A stretch of 64,000 bases of DNA from Paecilomyces variotii (lineage: Eukaryota), in the NCBI GenBank assembly GCA_004022145.1, contig RCNU01000002.1; one strand, written 5' to 3'. Shown here one piece after another: positions 1 to 12,613 of this stretch. Made by a program: the position numbers and the translations under genes. The notes beneath the pieces are model-generated. The model worked only from the letters and a program-made list of their open reading frames with translations. It was not told the origin of the DNA and did no database searches. Position 1 is the stretch's first letter. Every line of letters starts with the position of its first letter.

Positions 1-2037
<2,037 letters not shown>

Positions 2038-2866
2038 TCGTTTTTGGTTTCTTGCATTGCATCTTCTCAGCTTTCTTGGTTCTATTATCGGCGTCACAGG
2101 GTCAGCGATGCATGGGTTAAAAAGGCGAAGTAGGCGCCATGATGATTTTATGACTTGAGCCGCTGCTTACTATTATTAATTTCTATTATTACTTCTTCGT
2201 TTATATTGTCTTGTTGAACCGGCCGTGTTGGCGCTGGTAACATTGATTACATTTTGTGGTTTCTGATTCTAGTCTATTGTGTAAAGTGCGGTACATATGG
2301 ATGCATATGGAGATCTCAACAAGCAATGGGTTTTCAAGTACATTCCGATGTCGACTGAGAACGGCCGGCAGATTTTCTGAGAGGGGCCACCAAATGAATC
2401 TATTCGTCCAGCTATTACTGTATTCTCGACAGACGTTCATCACGTTATAAAAATAGGATTCAGATACTAAGGCGAGCTGCTGACAGAATTTCCAGATGTA
2501 TCAAAGGATCTTCTAATTCTAGCGTAGGCAGTCACGTATATACGGTCGGGTTAAGCCCGGCTAGTCAGTTACTTAGACCGCAGTCAGCGGGACGGACGAA
2601 TTCACGGACCAAATCGATACGGGGATAAATAGATGACAACAGCCAACGTCTGTGGGCAATGATAGATCTGTCTTGTTTCGTTTTATAAGATCACTTTACA
2701 ATTATTGAAGTTGGCGTTGAGGTGAAGTTGTACTACTGCACGGGATATCGCTTGAGCTGCAGCTTCAACCTACTAAGGGATCGACACCTCCAAAGAGAGA
2801 TTCGCTCAACACTGAATACAGACACAGGTTGAATTTCGAGGATATATATTATATACAATATCCAAA

Positions 2867-4144
2867 ATGGTCACTCTCCAAAAAGTCCGCGCCAATAATG
2901 CGTCTCTCAAAGAACTAGGCCCAGGCCTCGTTGCTGTCTTTGGTATGTTCTGAAACCACCTCCAATCCTCGCCCCATACCATACCATACCACACCACCGT
3001 CTAGAGATATAGGATAAAATAAAAAAGCCAAAATTGAATCCCTATTAACAAACCCCCATAGTCGGCGGTACCAGCGGAATCGGTGAATCGACCGCCCGCG
3101 AATTCGTCCGCCATACGCTCTCTCCGCGCGTGTATCTCGTCGGCCGCAACGAGACGCATGCATCGCGAATTATCGAAGAACTGTGCTCTCTGAACCCCGA
3201 TGGGAAAGTATCATTTATCAAAAGTGACGTGTCCCTCCTACGCAATGTCGATGAGGCGTGTGAGGATATCAAGAGGAGAGAAGACAAGGTGAACTTGTTG
3301 TTTATGAGTTGTGGGTTCTTGTCTACGAAGGGGAGAGATGGTGAGTTTCTTATTTTCCTTCAATTTCCTTTTTCCCTGCATATTAAGGATGTAAAAGTAC
3401 TGAACTGTGTCAATTTGCACTCTTATCTTTGTGTTTTAACTCATATCAAATCCAGAAACGTCCGAAGGCCTCGACAAGAAACTCAACGTCCATTACTACT
3501 CCCGAATGCGATTCATATACAACCTCCTCCCACAACTCACCGCCGCATCCACCACCACAACAACAATAAATAGCCCCTCCCCTCTATCCCGCGTCGTCTC
3601 CGTCCTGGGCGCAGGCCAAGAAGGCCCCTTGAACCTAACTGACCTCGCGTTAAAACACAACTACAGCCTACGAACATGCGGCGCCCACGCCATCACCATG
3701 AACTCACTCATGACGCACGAACTCGCCTCCCAGAATCCAGGGACGAGCTTCATCCACACGTACCCTGGAGTCGTGAAGACAGGAATCATGCGTGATCTTG
3801 GTCCGCTGGCGCGGTTCGGAGCGGAGGTGTTTTCAGTTCTGGCGAAGCCGTTTTTCGTTCCCCTGGAGGAGAGTGGAGAGAGGCACTTGTATGCGGCGAC
3901 AAGTCAGGTTTTTGTTCCGAAGAGGGATGGGGAGGGTTCTACTGCTGCTGTTGCTGCTGCGGCTGCGGTGGGAAGTGATGGGGTAAAAGGAAGCGGGGGG
4001 TATTTGTTGAATTGGAATGGGGACGTTGTCGGGAAGCAAAATCTATTGAGAAAGTATCGCGAAGAGGGAGTTGGGAAGACGGTGTGGCAGCATACGTTGG
4101 ATGTGTTTCAGAATGTTTGTGGTACGAAGGATGGGAAGTACTGA
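2867..4144 (+). CDS. Short-chain dehydrogenase/reductase-like protein; exons 2867-2942, 3062-3340, 3456-4144
   Basis: Spliced N-terminus MVTLQKVRANNASLKELGPGLVAVFVGGTSGIGESTAREF (GxxxGIG Rossmann motif), SDVSLL, and HTYPGVVKT; canonical introns. Confidence 0.9.
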
Positions 4145-4873
4145 TTTGTTTTGGTATTATTATACCTATACTCTTGTCTCGGATGAGGTGGAGGGTTCTG
4201 TAATAATATGCATGTATGTCCTCTCGGATTGTTTCCATGACAGATCTGTTTCTTATCTATCTAGGCGTTCCGGGAAGAAGAAGGAGGGGGGGTAAAGACA
4301 TCTCTATTCTAATTTCACCTCTCTTCAACTCATTCATCATACTACTGTTAGACGAGAATACAGACACTATACTTAATATATGTATCAACCAACAAAAACC
4401 CTCGGCATTTTCAACTTACAAACAAACAAGGAAAAGAACCCACGTGCTGTCCTACAGAATTCAACTCACCTTGTCCCCTGACCTGATGCGGTCCACATAC
4501 ATATATAGGTACATGTACTACACACTTACATCCTATCGGATATCTCCAATATATATGGCACCACTCCCCAAAAGGGGTTTAAGTCAGTGACACCGCGTCC
4601 ATAAATCCCCGCGCGACTTCGGAATATGGCCAAAGTTGGGCAAATTGAATTGAAGGAAGTCTAAAGCCTGAAGCCTGATTAAAGGCTGGAATCTGCATAT
4701 GATAATATCAAAAGAAAAGTAGTATTGGTTGGGATTGTTCATTACAAATTTTACCTGTACATTTCCCGGTGCACAGAAAGTTGTAGAGGTACAATATAGA
4801 AGGTTAATATCTCGTACAAAATTTCCGAAGCCCCTAATCATGTGCATGCAGCCAAAAAAAAATTGCTCTCCCT

Positions 4874-6205
4874 CTACAGCCCAAACAAGGCCTCAAAATC
4901 TGCACCTTCTGCTTTAGCCCTCGCCCATATCTCGTTACTTTCACGTGTATGCCGCTCAGAAGGCCTCTCAGACCGGGGGCCTAGGTACGAGGCGTTCTGA
5001 ACCGCATAATACAGATATGGCCAGATACGGTTGATGCTCAGGTCATCCAGCAGCTCCTCCGCTGTCCGGTCTGAGCCTGGCCGCGACTTAAATTTTTCAC
5101 TTCTCATAATGTCCTCAATCTTGTCCACGGCGTCACGCGCTGCGCACGTGCGCGCGTCATTCAGCAGGTCTAAGATGCCTTCTGTTTCCCACCATGTGGC
5201 ATATGAGTACTGCATCGCTTGGGCCATTTCGTCACAGCCGCCGCTTTCAGTTACTTCGGGTATGAAGTTGCATGCGTTATCTGGCTCGAGGAGGCTGGGC
5301 AGAATAAAGTAGGGGTTAATTGTGACCGCAGCCATACCGAGCTTGCGGGCTTTTTTCACGAGCTCGCTCTCGATCTTTAAAAGGGACACGGTAGATTCTC
5401 TCTGGAATTTCGCGGAGAGGGGACTCCGAATCACGGCCAACTCGATCGCCTCCCGAAGTTCGAAGGGGAGGCGAGTTCGCGTGAGGAGGATCTTTCGGGT
5501 GATCTTCAAGTTGCGAATATCCACGAGTAGTTTCAAATTTAGTATCAGGACAGCAATGATGTGGTTCAAATTCGGAAATTCGCCGAGAAGGAACCCGGGA
5601 TCCTCAAGAACATCAGCCCCGGAGATATTGAGGTACGGTAAGGTCATATCGCCCCAGTTGTAATCGCCGTCTGGGTCACACGTCGCCCACCACTTCACAA
5701 AATCATAGCATTCTTGGTCGCGATCCAGTCGCAGCATTATCGCCGGCACAATGTCTCGTATCCCCAGATTGTCGGCGCGGCAGAGTCTTAGCATATCCAG
5801 CAAGTGCTCGAGGGCTTCGTGGACACTATCAAATGTGCCAAGGGGAAGCAAATGATCCCATGCAAGCTCAAACCGTGCGCGCATATAGCCGCGCGTGTTG
5901 AAAATGCCCCAGAAGTGGCCGACATGCGTCTCAAAGGCGTTGGCGGGAGTCATGAAATCCGGCGTGGCATTGCGGACGCGGCGGTCTTCTTCGGCGAGTA
6001 TAGCGCGTGCTTTCTTAATCTGTTTACAAACAGATTTATGCAGGATAAAGTGAACGGTCTGGTGTTCGCGGTTGCAGTAGTGGACTGCGCGACAGCCGCT
6101 GCATCGGAGGAGCTTTCGGCCTGTTGCTGAGCATTGAGCACAGCGCCGGCAGAGGGATCCGGTCGGGCTCTTATATTGGCTTGGGCTGTGCAAGGTGCTA
6201 GCCAT
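4874..6205 (-). CDS. MYND zinc-finger protein, intronless
   Basis: CAQC...CSGCRAVHYCNREHQTVHFILHKSVC MYND signature followed by a helical domain (TRGYMRARF...LCRADNLGIRD); first ATG at 6205. Confidence 0.88.
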   Translation of the reverse strand: MASTLHSPSQYKSPTGSLCRRCAQCSATGRKLLRCSGCRAVHYCNREHQTVHFILHKSVCKQIKKARAILAEEDRRVRNATPDFMTPANAFETHVGHFWGIFNTRGYMRARFELAWDHLLPLGTFDSVHEALEHLLDMLRLCRADNLGIRDIVPAIMLRLDRDQECYDFVKWWATCDPDGDYNWGDMTLPYLNISGADVLEDPGFLLGEFPNLNHIIAVLILNLKLLVDIRNLKITRKILLTRTRLPFELREAIELAVIRSPLSAKFQRESTVSLLKIESELVKKARKLGMAAVTINPYFILPSLLEPDNACNFIPEVTESGGCDEMAQAMQYSYATWWETEGILDLLNDARTCAARDAVDKIEDIMRSEKFKSRPGSDRTAEELLDDLSINRIWPYLYYAVQNASYLGPRSERPSERHTRESNEIWARAKAEGADFEALFGL

Positions 6206-6671
6206 GATGCCTCCTGTAGGAACCAACCTTTGAGGCACCACAGCGGTCCAGGATACAACGCGATTGAGTCGTCCGAGTTGGACGGAGTACGGAGCAAGTA
6301 AGTATACAATGAGACGGTTGCTTATCTGCCCACCTACACCGCCTGCCCTAAGTACTAGTTACTGTCTTCGCCATCGCCAGACTCGTCTTTCCCGCATTCT
6401 CAGGCCCCAGGAACTCACTCTTCTGCCCTTAAATCTTCTCGTAATCATCTAATGAGCCGCTCTCATCTGCTTTATTTGGCCATTAGTCTTTGCCGTGTTC
6501 TCACCAGTCAACTTGGCCAGTAATAGTAAGGAGTCAGTCGACTATTCGGGTCTTTTTACATTAGACATCGATGCTATCATTCGCTTAATCCAACACAGTC
6601 ACTTTGATAGCTTTCGTTCTTCTCTTCATCCTGTGATCCTATCTGCGAGGCTGGATCCTCTTTTTTTCATA

Positions 6672-7667
6672 ATGAACGTCAATCGCGCCAGGGTTCGAAA
6701 TGTTTTCATCTACAATGGTGCTACAGGCGACCACTTCGGTGGAATGCGACAGAATGGATCGATAACAGAAGCGGTGTTTCTATGGATCCTGAGCCATATC
6801 CTGCTCATTACAGATGCTGAGCTTGAAGTCAAAGCTCGAGCTTCCCAACAGATCATCTTACCGACAAGCAACCGCCTTGAACCTGGTGATTATGACGTCT
6901 ACTGCAATGGTAAGTGTTATGATCTTAACAAGTACTTCTATGATCCTACTTTACTGACTGAAATAGGCTCTATTAAGCTCACTAACGAACCCTGGGTGCT
7001 ACGAATTCTATCACATAGTGTCAGTGGAAGAGAAGAGAGCTTTCGTGAAGGATTACGTAAACGAGATGGAAAGTGTGTCCTATCAGGTTTCGAAAATCTG
7101 AACGCGGATATTGGTGACTGGAGCCCCTTTGAAGGAGCCCATATTTTCCCGCTTGAAAAGGAGAATATATGGATTACGCAGAATTTCGGAAGATGGATCA
7201 CTGATATGGACTATGCGAATGGAGTTTCGAAGATAAACAGTTGTCAGAACGGATTACTTCTACGGCGTGATCTTCATACAATGTTCGACAATTACCTCAT
7301 CTCAGTCAATCCAGACGTGAGTGACTCCGCAGAAGATATTATTATTCTTTTGGTTACTAATATTTTTATTCGTTCAAAGGACGGCTATAAGATTATAGTA
7401 TTCAATCGTGACATCTTTGGTCTCGATGGACGAGTCCTGGATCCTGTATGTCGTAATCCAAGAGACCTGCACCGCGTCTCAGATGAGTTACTTCGGTGGC
7501 ATTTCCGGCAATCAGTCCTTGCGAACATGAGAGGCGCTGGTGAGCCTATCTTTGAACATGATTTCCCAGCGGGAACGGATATGATGAGGGAAATTTATGA
7601 AGGCCCCAGTGCGCAGGAAAGGTTTGAAATGGAAATTGCTTCGAGATTACGCGGATTCGAGATTTAG
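6672..7667 (+). CDS. HNH endonuclease-domain protein; exons 6672-6909, 6967-7316, 7380-7667
   Basis: RDGKCVLSG...EGAHIFP...NSCQNGLLLRRDLHTMFD is the fungal HNH_2-type motif; two GT-AG introns (6910-6966, 7317-7379) with CTGAC/CTAAT branch sites. Confidence 0.9.
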   Translation: MNVNRARVRNVFIYNGATGDHFGGMRQNGSITEAVFLWILSHILLITDAELEVKARASQQIILPTSNRLEPGDYDVYCNGKCYDLNKYFYDPTLLTEIGSIKLTNEPWVLRILSHSVSGREESFREGLRKRDGKCVLSGFENLNADIGDWSPFEGAHIFPLEKENIWITQNFGRWITDMDYANGVSKINSCQNGLLLRRDLHTMFDNYLISVNPDVSDSAEDIIILLVTNIFIRSKDGYKIIVFNRDIFGLDGRVLDPVCRNPRDLHRVSDELLRWHFRQSVLANMRGAGEPIFEHDFPAGTDMMREIYEGPSAQERFEMEIASRLRGFEI

Positions 7668-8103
7668 ATGATGAGGGAGAAGAGACATTTCCAGAGTGAA
7701 AATTACGTCTGTACGACTTACTGGTCTTATTTTTTTTTAGCGTGGAATGGGCAGTCATATAAGGAGCTTCAGAGAAGGGATGGTTAGCATGATCCAAAAG
7801 ACAGCGTCAGGTATCACCGTTTCTGGCCGCCAGTTAACCATCTCATCATTAGACAGAGTATATATATTCATTTCTATAGGTGAGATAAAATTCTTATTCA
7901 GAACTGGCGCTGTCAACAATGACCGGCAATAGTCGATATTCGAACGAATTAAGAAACCGGAGAGGTGTGTACTCGCATGTATTGTATAAGTCTCTCATAT
8001 CTCACAAAAACATATATATATAGCCCTCACATTAAACACCAACACCAATTAACACCCCCTAGACTAGTAGTGAAGTAGAAAATACGTGAGTTAAGAGAAT
8101 CTT

Positions 8104-8755
8104 TCAAACGCCCCTCGATGACCTCGTCCCAATCCCACCCGGACCGTGCCCATCTCTCCTGTCCGATCGTCCCCAGGATCGAGTACTAGCCCCAGCTCCA
8201 ATGGAATTGGACGGTGAACCAGACACAGACGCCCCACGAGAAGAAGACGTAGAGACCGCCGCAGATGATGCAGCGGATGTCGCCGAAGAAGATGTGTTGG
8301 TCACAGCTGCACCTTTTGCGGACGAAGCGGCGGTGACCGCCGTTGGATTGCACGTTGCGCAGATGAACACGTTGAAACCGTGTCCGTCGCAGCGTGAGCA
8401 GACGGAGTCTCTGGTAGGCGGGTTATTGAGTTGAGTGATTGGTTCTTTCGGGAAAAAAAAAAGGAGAAGAGAGGAGAAATATACAGGGAATGTTGAGTTT
8501 CAGAGTTTGATGGAAGAAGGGAATAGACAAAATTTTGCAACTTGTATGATAATAAATGCATGGCAGATAGGAAAGAAGATCCTACCAGAACATTGTGCTT
8601 GTGCGAGTCCTGAACAGAAATAGGCAAAAAAAAAAGATTTGAACATACCTTGGCGCATTTCCTGCACACATACTGCAGGTCACAACGGTTCTGCCCCTGA
8701 TGCAGGACACATGCTTAGGGTCTAGCGACAGGGGCGCCACGCTTGCTCGAGACAT
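8104..8755 (-). CDS. Small (137 aa) Cys-rich protein with DnaJ-like CxxCxG zinc-finger repeats and a Ser/Ala-rich tail; exons 8755-8649, 8410-8104
   Basis: ATG at 8755, GTATGT donor at 8648 and CAG acceptor at 8411 give MSRASVAPLSLDPKHVSCIRGRTVVTCSMCAGNAPR-DSVCSRCDGHGFNVFICATCNPTAV...; splicing preserves frame and joins the Cys motifs. Confidence 0.75.
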
Positions 8756-8969
8756 CACTGCTCTATAACAAAAAAATAACCCCGAGTAGTAGTGTTAGCC
8801 CGCAATTCGGCCTGAGTTGAGAACTGAAGAGAATCGCGGGTTTTATAATAGATAGATATGTATCCGTAAAATGGTCAAGACGATATATTGGTGCGACAAG
8901 ATTTTCGACACTCCCGAAACAGGTAAAGACAGGATTGTTTAGTTGGTGTCTGAAGATTTTTGTACTTAC

Positions 8970-10480
8970 TTCTTTCTCCCCCAAAACGATCTCCTGAGGT
9001 TACCCTGTTTATAGAAGATTTTCGCTCCTCGATCAGACAATGCTTCAACCGACACCAGACGGTAACCTGCCACGCAATGTGGAAGACACTGCAACAATAG
9101 GAAATTGAATATTTCTCAGGTAGAGCTGCAGTGTCACTCAACGCAAATTGGTATTCTACAATCACTGTGAATAATCAATATGGCAGAGACCTCCGCGATA
9201 CAGCATTGGTGATACTAAGTTTTAGTTCAACCTGTCACGGCTTTGGTGGTGGAGTATAAAAGATCAGCAGGACACAAGCATGAAAAGCCTAAGTTCTCAC
9301 GTTAGCAATTCATGTCAATTCTGTAGACTGCAGGCCAGGTCTCAAGCAGGAGAGAAAACATCTGGGACAGCAGCTGAAATCGAATGTTGGTGTGGTGTGT
9401 TCTATGATTTTATACCGTACTGCAGTTATCGATGGCTTCATGTTATGTCAGTGGTCCTTGACAGACATTATATTTGAAATTACCATCCCACAAGGTGGAC
9501 GGACAAGGGCACCATAGACATCTGAAGCTACGCCGGGTACATCCTACGCTGGCTCGTCCCCCAAAGGCCCAGTCACCTGTCCACCGAGAGAGGTTAGTCG
9601 AAAATAACTGAAATAGCGAGCGTATTGCACAGAAAAGGGGCCCCAATCCAAGAAGCTACACTTCGTGGATGTCAGACTCGACTAAAATCTACAGTTGTTG
9701 CGTTGTGCTGGCACAGCGAGTATCGAGGATCACCAAAATGGCTGCCTCCAATAGCAGTAAAACTAAATGTCGTACAGGCAATTGGCACTTGGGGAAATTG
9801 TCAATATCATCATCCTTCACCGCTTCGTGTCCAGCCTAGTAGTCATCTCAGATCTTTCGGAGCCGTTCGCGATTGTCGAATCAAGATATGCCAACCTCGG
9901 AAGGCTTGCTGCGGCTAGCATAGGGCATCAATAGATAATTCCTTGACAGCTTACGTTGACAGGACATATTTAGCATGTATGCGCGTGCTGACTGGATACA
10001 GGGGGTGAGCGGAACACGGAGTAACAGGACCTCATCGTATTCGTGGACACAGCAAGCCGGCCATGCCAAAAGTCCATACTGAAGTCGGGCGCAGCTGCTG
10101 TTACTGCAACGTTGACATCCATTAGAGAGGTAAAGGTGTACTGACGTAGCCAGGGCATAGTCATCTCTAGGCAAGAGATGAGATAGATTATCATTGAGAT
10201 CACAAGGACATGCACATACGGACTACAAACGCTGCATGCCGGTTGGTTAGGGTTGTAGCCGGCTGTTTGTCGCGATCATGTAGGTCCAGCGCTGGCGGCT
10301 GCTGAGGGGAAACAAGAGAAATTGCCCTGGGAGGTTAGCGCTCTACTGTCGATAAACAAGGTGATATGCGTGTAGCAGCCAGCGCAGAACAAGGATATCG
10401 GGGAAACAGGTCTTGAACCCAAGAGTATTACTACCTTCTGTAACAGGGGAGGATGTCATATTGTATTTTCCGTCATATCT
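8970..10480 (-). ncRNA. Candidate telomerase RNA (TER); both ends approximate
   Basis: Template AACCCUAACC (10254-10245); AGCCG/CGGCU stem ending 2 nt 5' of it; long-range helix between 10448-10434 and 9018-9003; 11-bp stem (9135-9085) followed by a 4-bp/5-nt-loop hairpin (9082-9070); GUAAGU at 8969 with a downstream GCUAAC branch point; no credible ORF in the interval. Confidence 0.65.
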
Positions 10481-12613
10481 CATGTTCCCCTATAATCCTT
10501 TTCCAAAATGTTATGCAGAAGTTTTCGATTCTCAGTTGGAAATTCTGCTCGTTTGAGCCACATAAATAAATAGACAAGGGGAGGCCAAATCCCGAGTTCT
10601 CTCTTATTGACTGGTGGTCATCTAGATCTCAAATATAAACCAAATACCGAGGGCCACTTTGAAACAGTCGATGGAATAAGGTACTTACGTCTAGTACAAT
10701 TCTTGACACTTGCCTTGGCAGAGTATTAGGCACAGCGAGAGCCAAATGAAAATGGACAACACGGAAAAAGAGCCCGCGCCAGTCGCACAAACAAAAGATT
10801 CCAACATCTCTATCTAGGTTCCTATGATTCTTACGCAGTATCAGAGTAATGACAGAGGAGACTGGAAGAGTACGAGCGTTTATAATCACCTGAAAGCTGC
10901 GCTCGCATCCTCCGTAGAGATAGAGAGTTGTGACCGACCTGAGATCCGATGAGATAGGAACAGAAATTCCTTTGGCAGGGATTGACGATCTAAGCCCCCG
11001 CATGAGACGGGTTACAGGCACTTAGGGTCCGCTTCTGCATGGCCGCAGTTACCGATAGAATTGAAAGTGTCAATCGCATGGTCGAGGTCAATAAGAGAAA
11101 TTCATTGGTGGAGATTTGTTTAGATGATAAAAAGGTTGAAATTGATTCCTTTCTCTGTATATCAGGACAGAGACTCGCCATCGTGCTCGAAGTCAGAGCC
11201 CCGGTCTAGAAACAAACGACGATCAGGTAGGTATGATGGGCCCAGACGTCCGCTCTGTCTTTGGGAATGCTATCCTGGGCGTGGGAATTTCTTTGATCAG
11301 CAAGCATGATCCAGCCAGATGTATGTACCGGAAGCTTTGATTGGAAGACATTGCCTAGAGACACAATTCTGTTCAACGTGAGTTCTGCGTTGGGACTCAA
11401 CTATCAATGATGGAGACTGCGGCATAGACACGTTATCCCCGGTCTCTAGAGATATCACGCCAGTTGTTTAGATGAAAAGAGTGTGTATGCAGGCCATACC
11501 TGTTCTTGAGTTCCGCTGTCTGGGTTGCCAGCCGGCGCAGGACCAGTGGTTGGAGGGGATGTCCTAGGTGATGCGGCAGAGACTCCAACTCAAACATCAT
11601 TCTGTACTTAAGAATCCGGGCCTATCGGGCAACTAATCAGATCGGGAAGGTATCAACGTCTCAATCTCGAGATTAGCAAGAGAGAGAAGAGGTCTGTCAG
11701 TCAGCTCGACAGCACACAGAGCCTACCAAACGGCAGAAAACAGGATGATCACGGTTGCCTCGCCTGGCCTGACCTCGACACTTGTCCCTTAGGTCCTTCT
11801 TTGAAACACCATGAATGCATTTCTGGAATGGAAAATTAGGCACACAGCGTATCTTGCTGCCGACCAACAGCGGACATCCATCAAATTAGTTCGTCTCAAT
11901 TTAAACGAGCGCTGCTGGACAGACAACACCCTTCAGCACCCAGGTCTGCCTCTCATACTACGTTAGAGCGGGGTCCTACACGGTGTAGGTACTCTCCAGA
12001 TTTTCGAACTAACGTCCTCGGAGCGCCCGTTCACGGAGTACGCGGAACCTTAACGGGAGAAGAAATATACCTGTACTACAATACCGATGCTACAGATATG
12101 ATGGTCCTGAAATGAATAAAAGAAAATTTGAATTGGTTTGTTGCTGGATATTCATAGGTAAAGCCTCACATGGGCCATATCACACAGCGGCCCCTGCTGA
12201 CTGCGATGAGAGGAATATTGGCCTCTAGACGCAAGATTTCTTCAGCGTGCAGTAGTGCAACCACCCATGGTAGCAAGTCGCCAGCAGGAAAGAGGGGTGC
12301 GAACCGGTGGGGGCGGGGGTCTCTGGAGATATGGTGACAGAGAGTCTGTAATAGTAAGGAAAGAAAGAAAGAAAAAAAGATCGAGCTGCAGCAAGAAACC
12401 TAATGTGAAGCCGTATTAGACAGTCACCCTGGGTAGCGATTCCTACGATGTCCACCGTATTCCCTAGCAGACGCACTAAAAGATAGCCTTCCCCTGAGCT
12501 AAACGCCTTCGAAATCCATAATCACATAGTCCCTGAAACGCCAGTCATTGTGTGATTCATCGCCATACGGCCGTAGGATCCATACTCGTTGTTCAATTGC
12601 ATGGAAATAGGCT

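Noticed and set aside
9881-10215. Short ORFs with a P450-like FWHGRLA look-alike
   Set aside because: Lacks the heme Cys and other P450 motifs; lies inside the candidate ncRNA
10409-10420. Minus-strand GGGTTCAAGACC resembling a Pol III B-box or tRNA T-loop
   Set aside because: No cloverleaf or A-box, and ascomycete TERs are Pol II transcripts
10629-11181. Minus-strand MRLTLSILSVTAA... signal-peptide-like start and nearby ORFs
   Set aside because: Interrupted by stops, with no consistent splice model or recognisable domain
11784-11798. CCTTAGGTCCTT, a 1.5x repeat, as an alternative telomerase template
   Set aside because: It would imply an atypical C-containing telomere repeat. The 10245-10254 site matches TTAGGG and has supporting structure. 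Revisit if telomeres are not TTAGGG.
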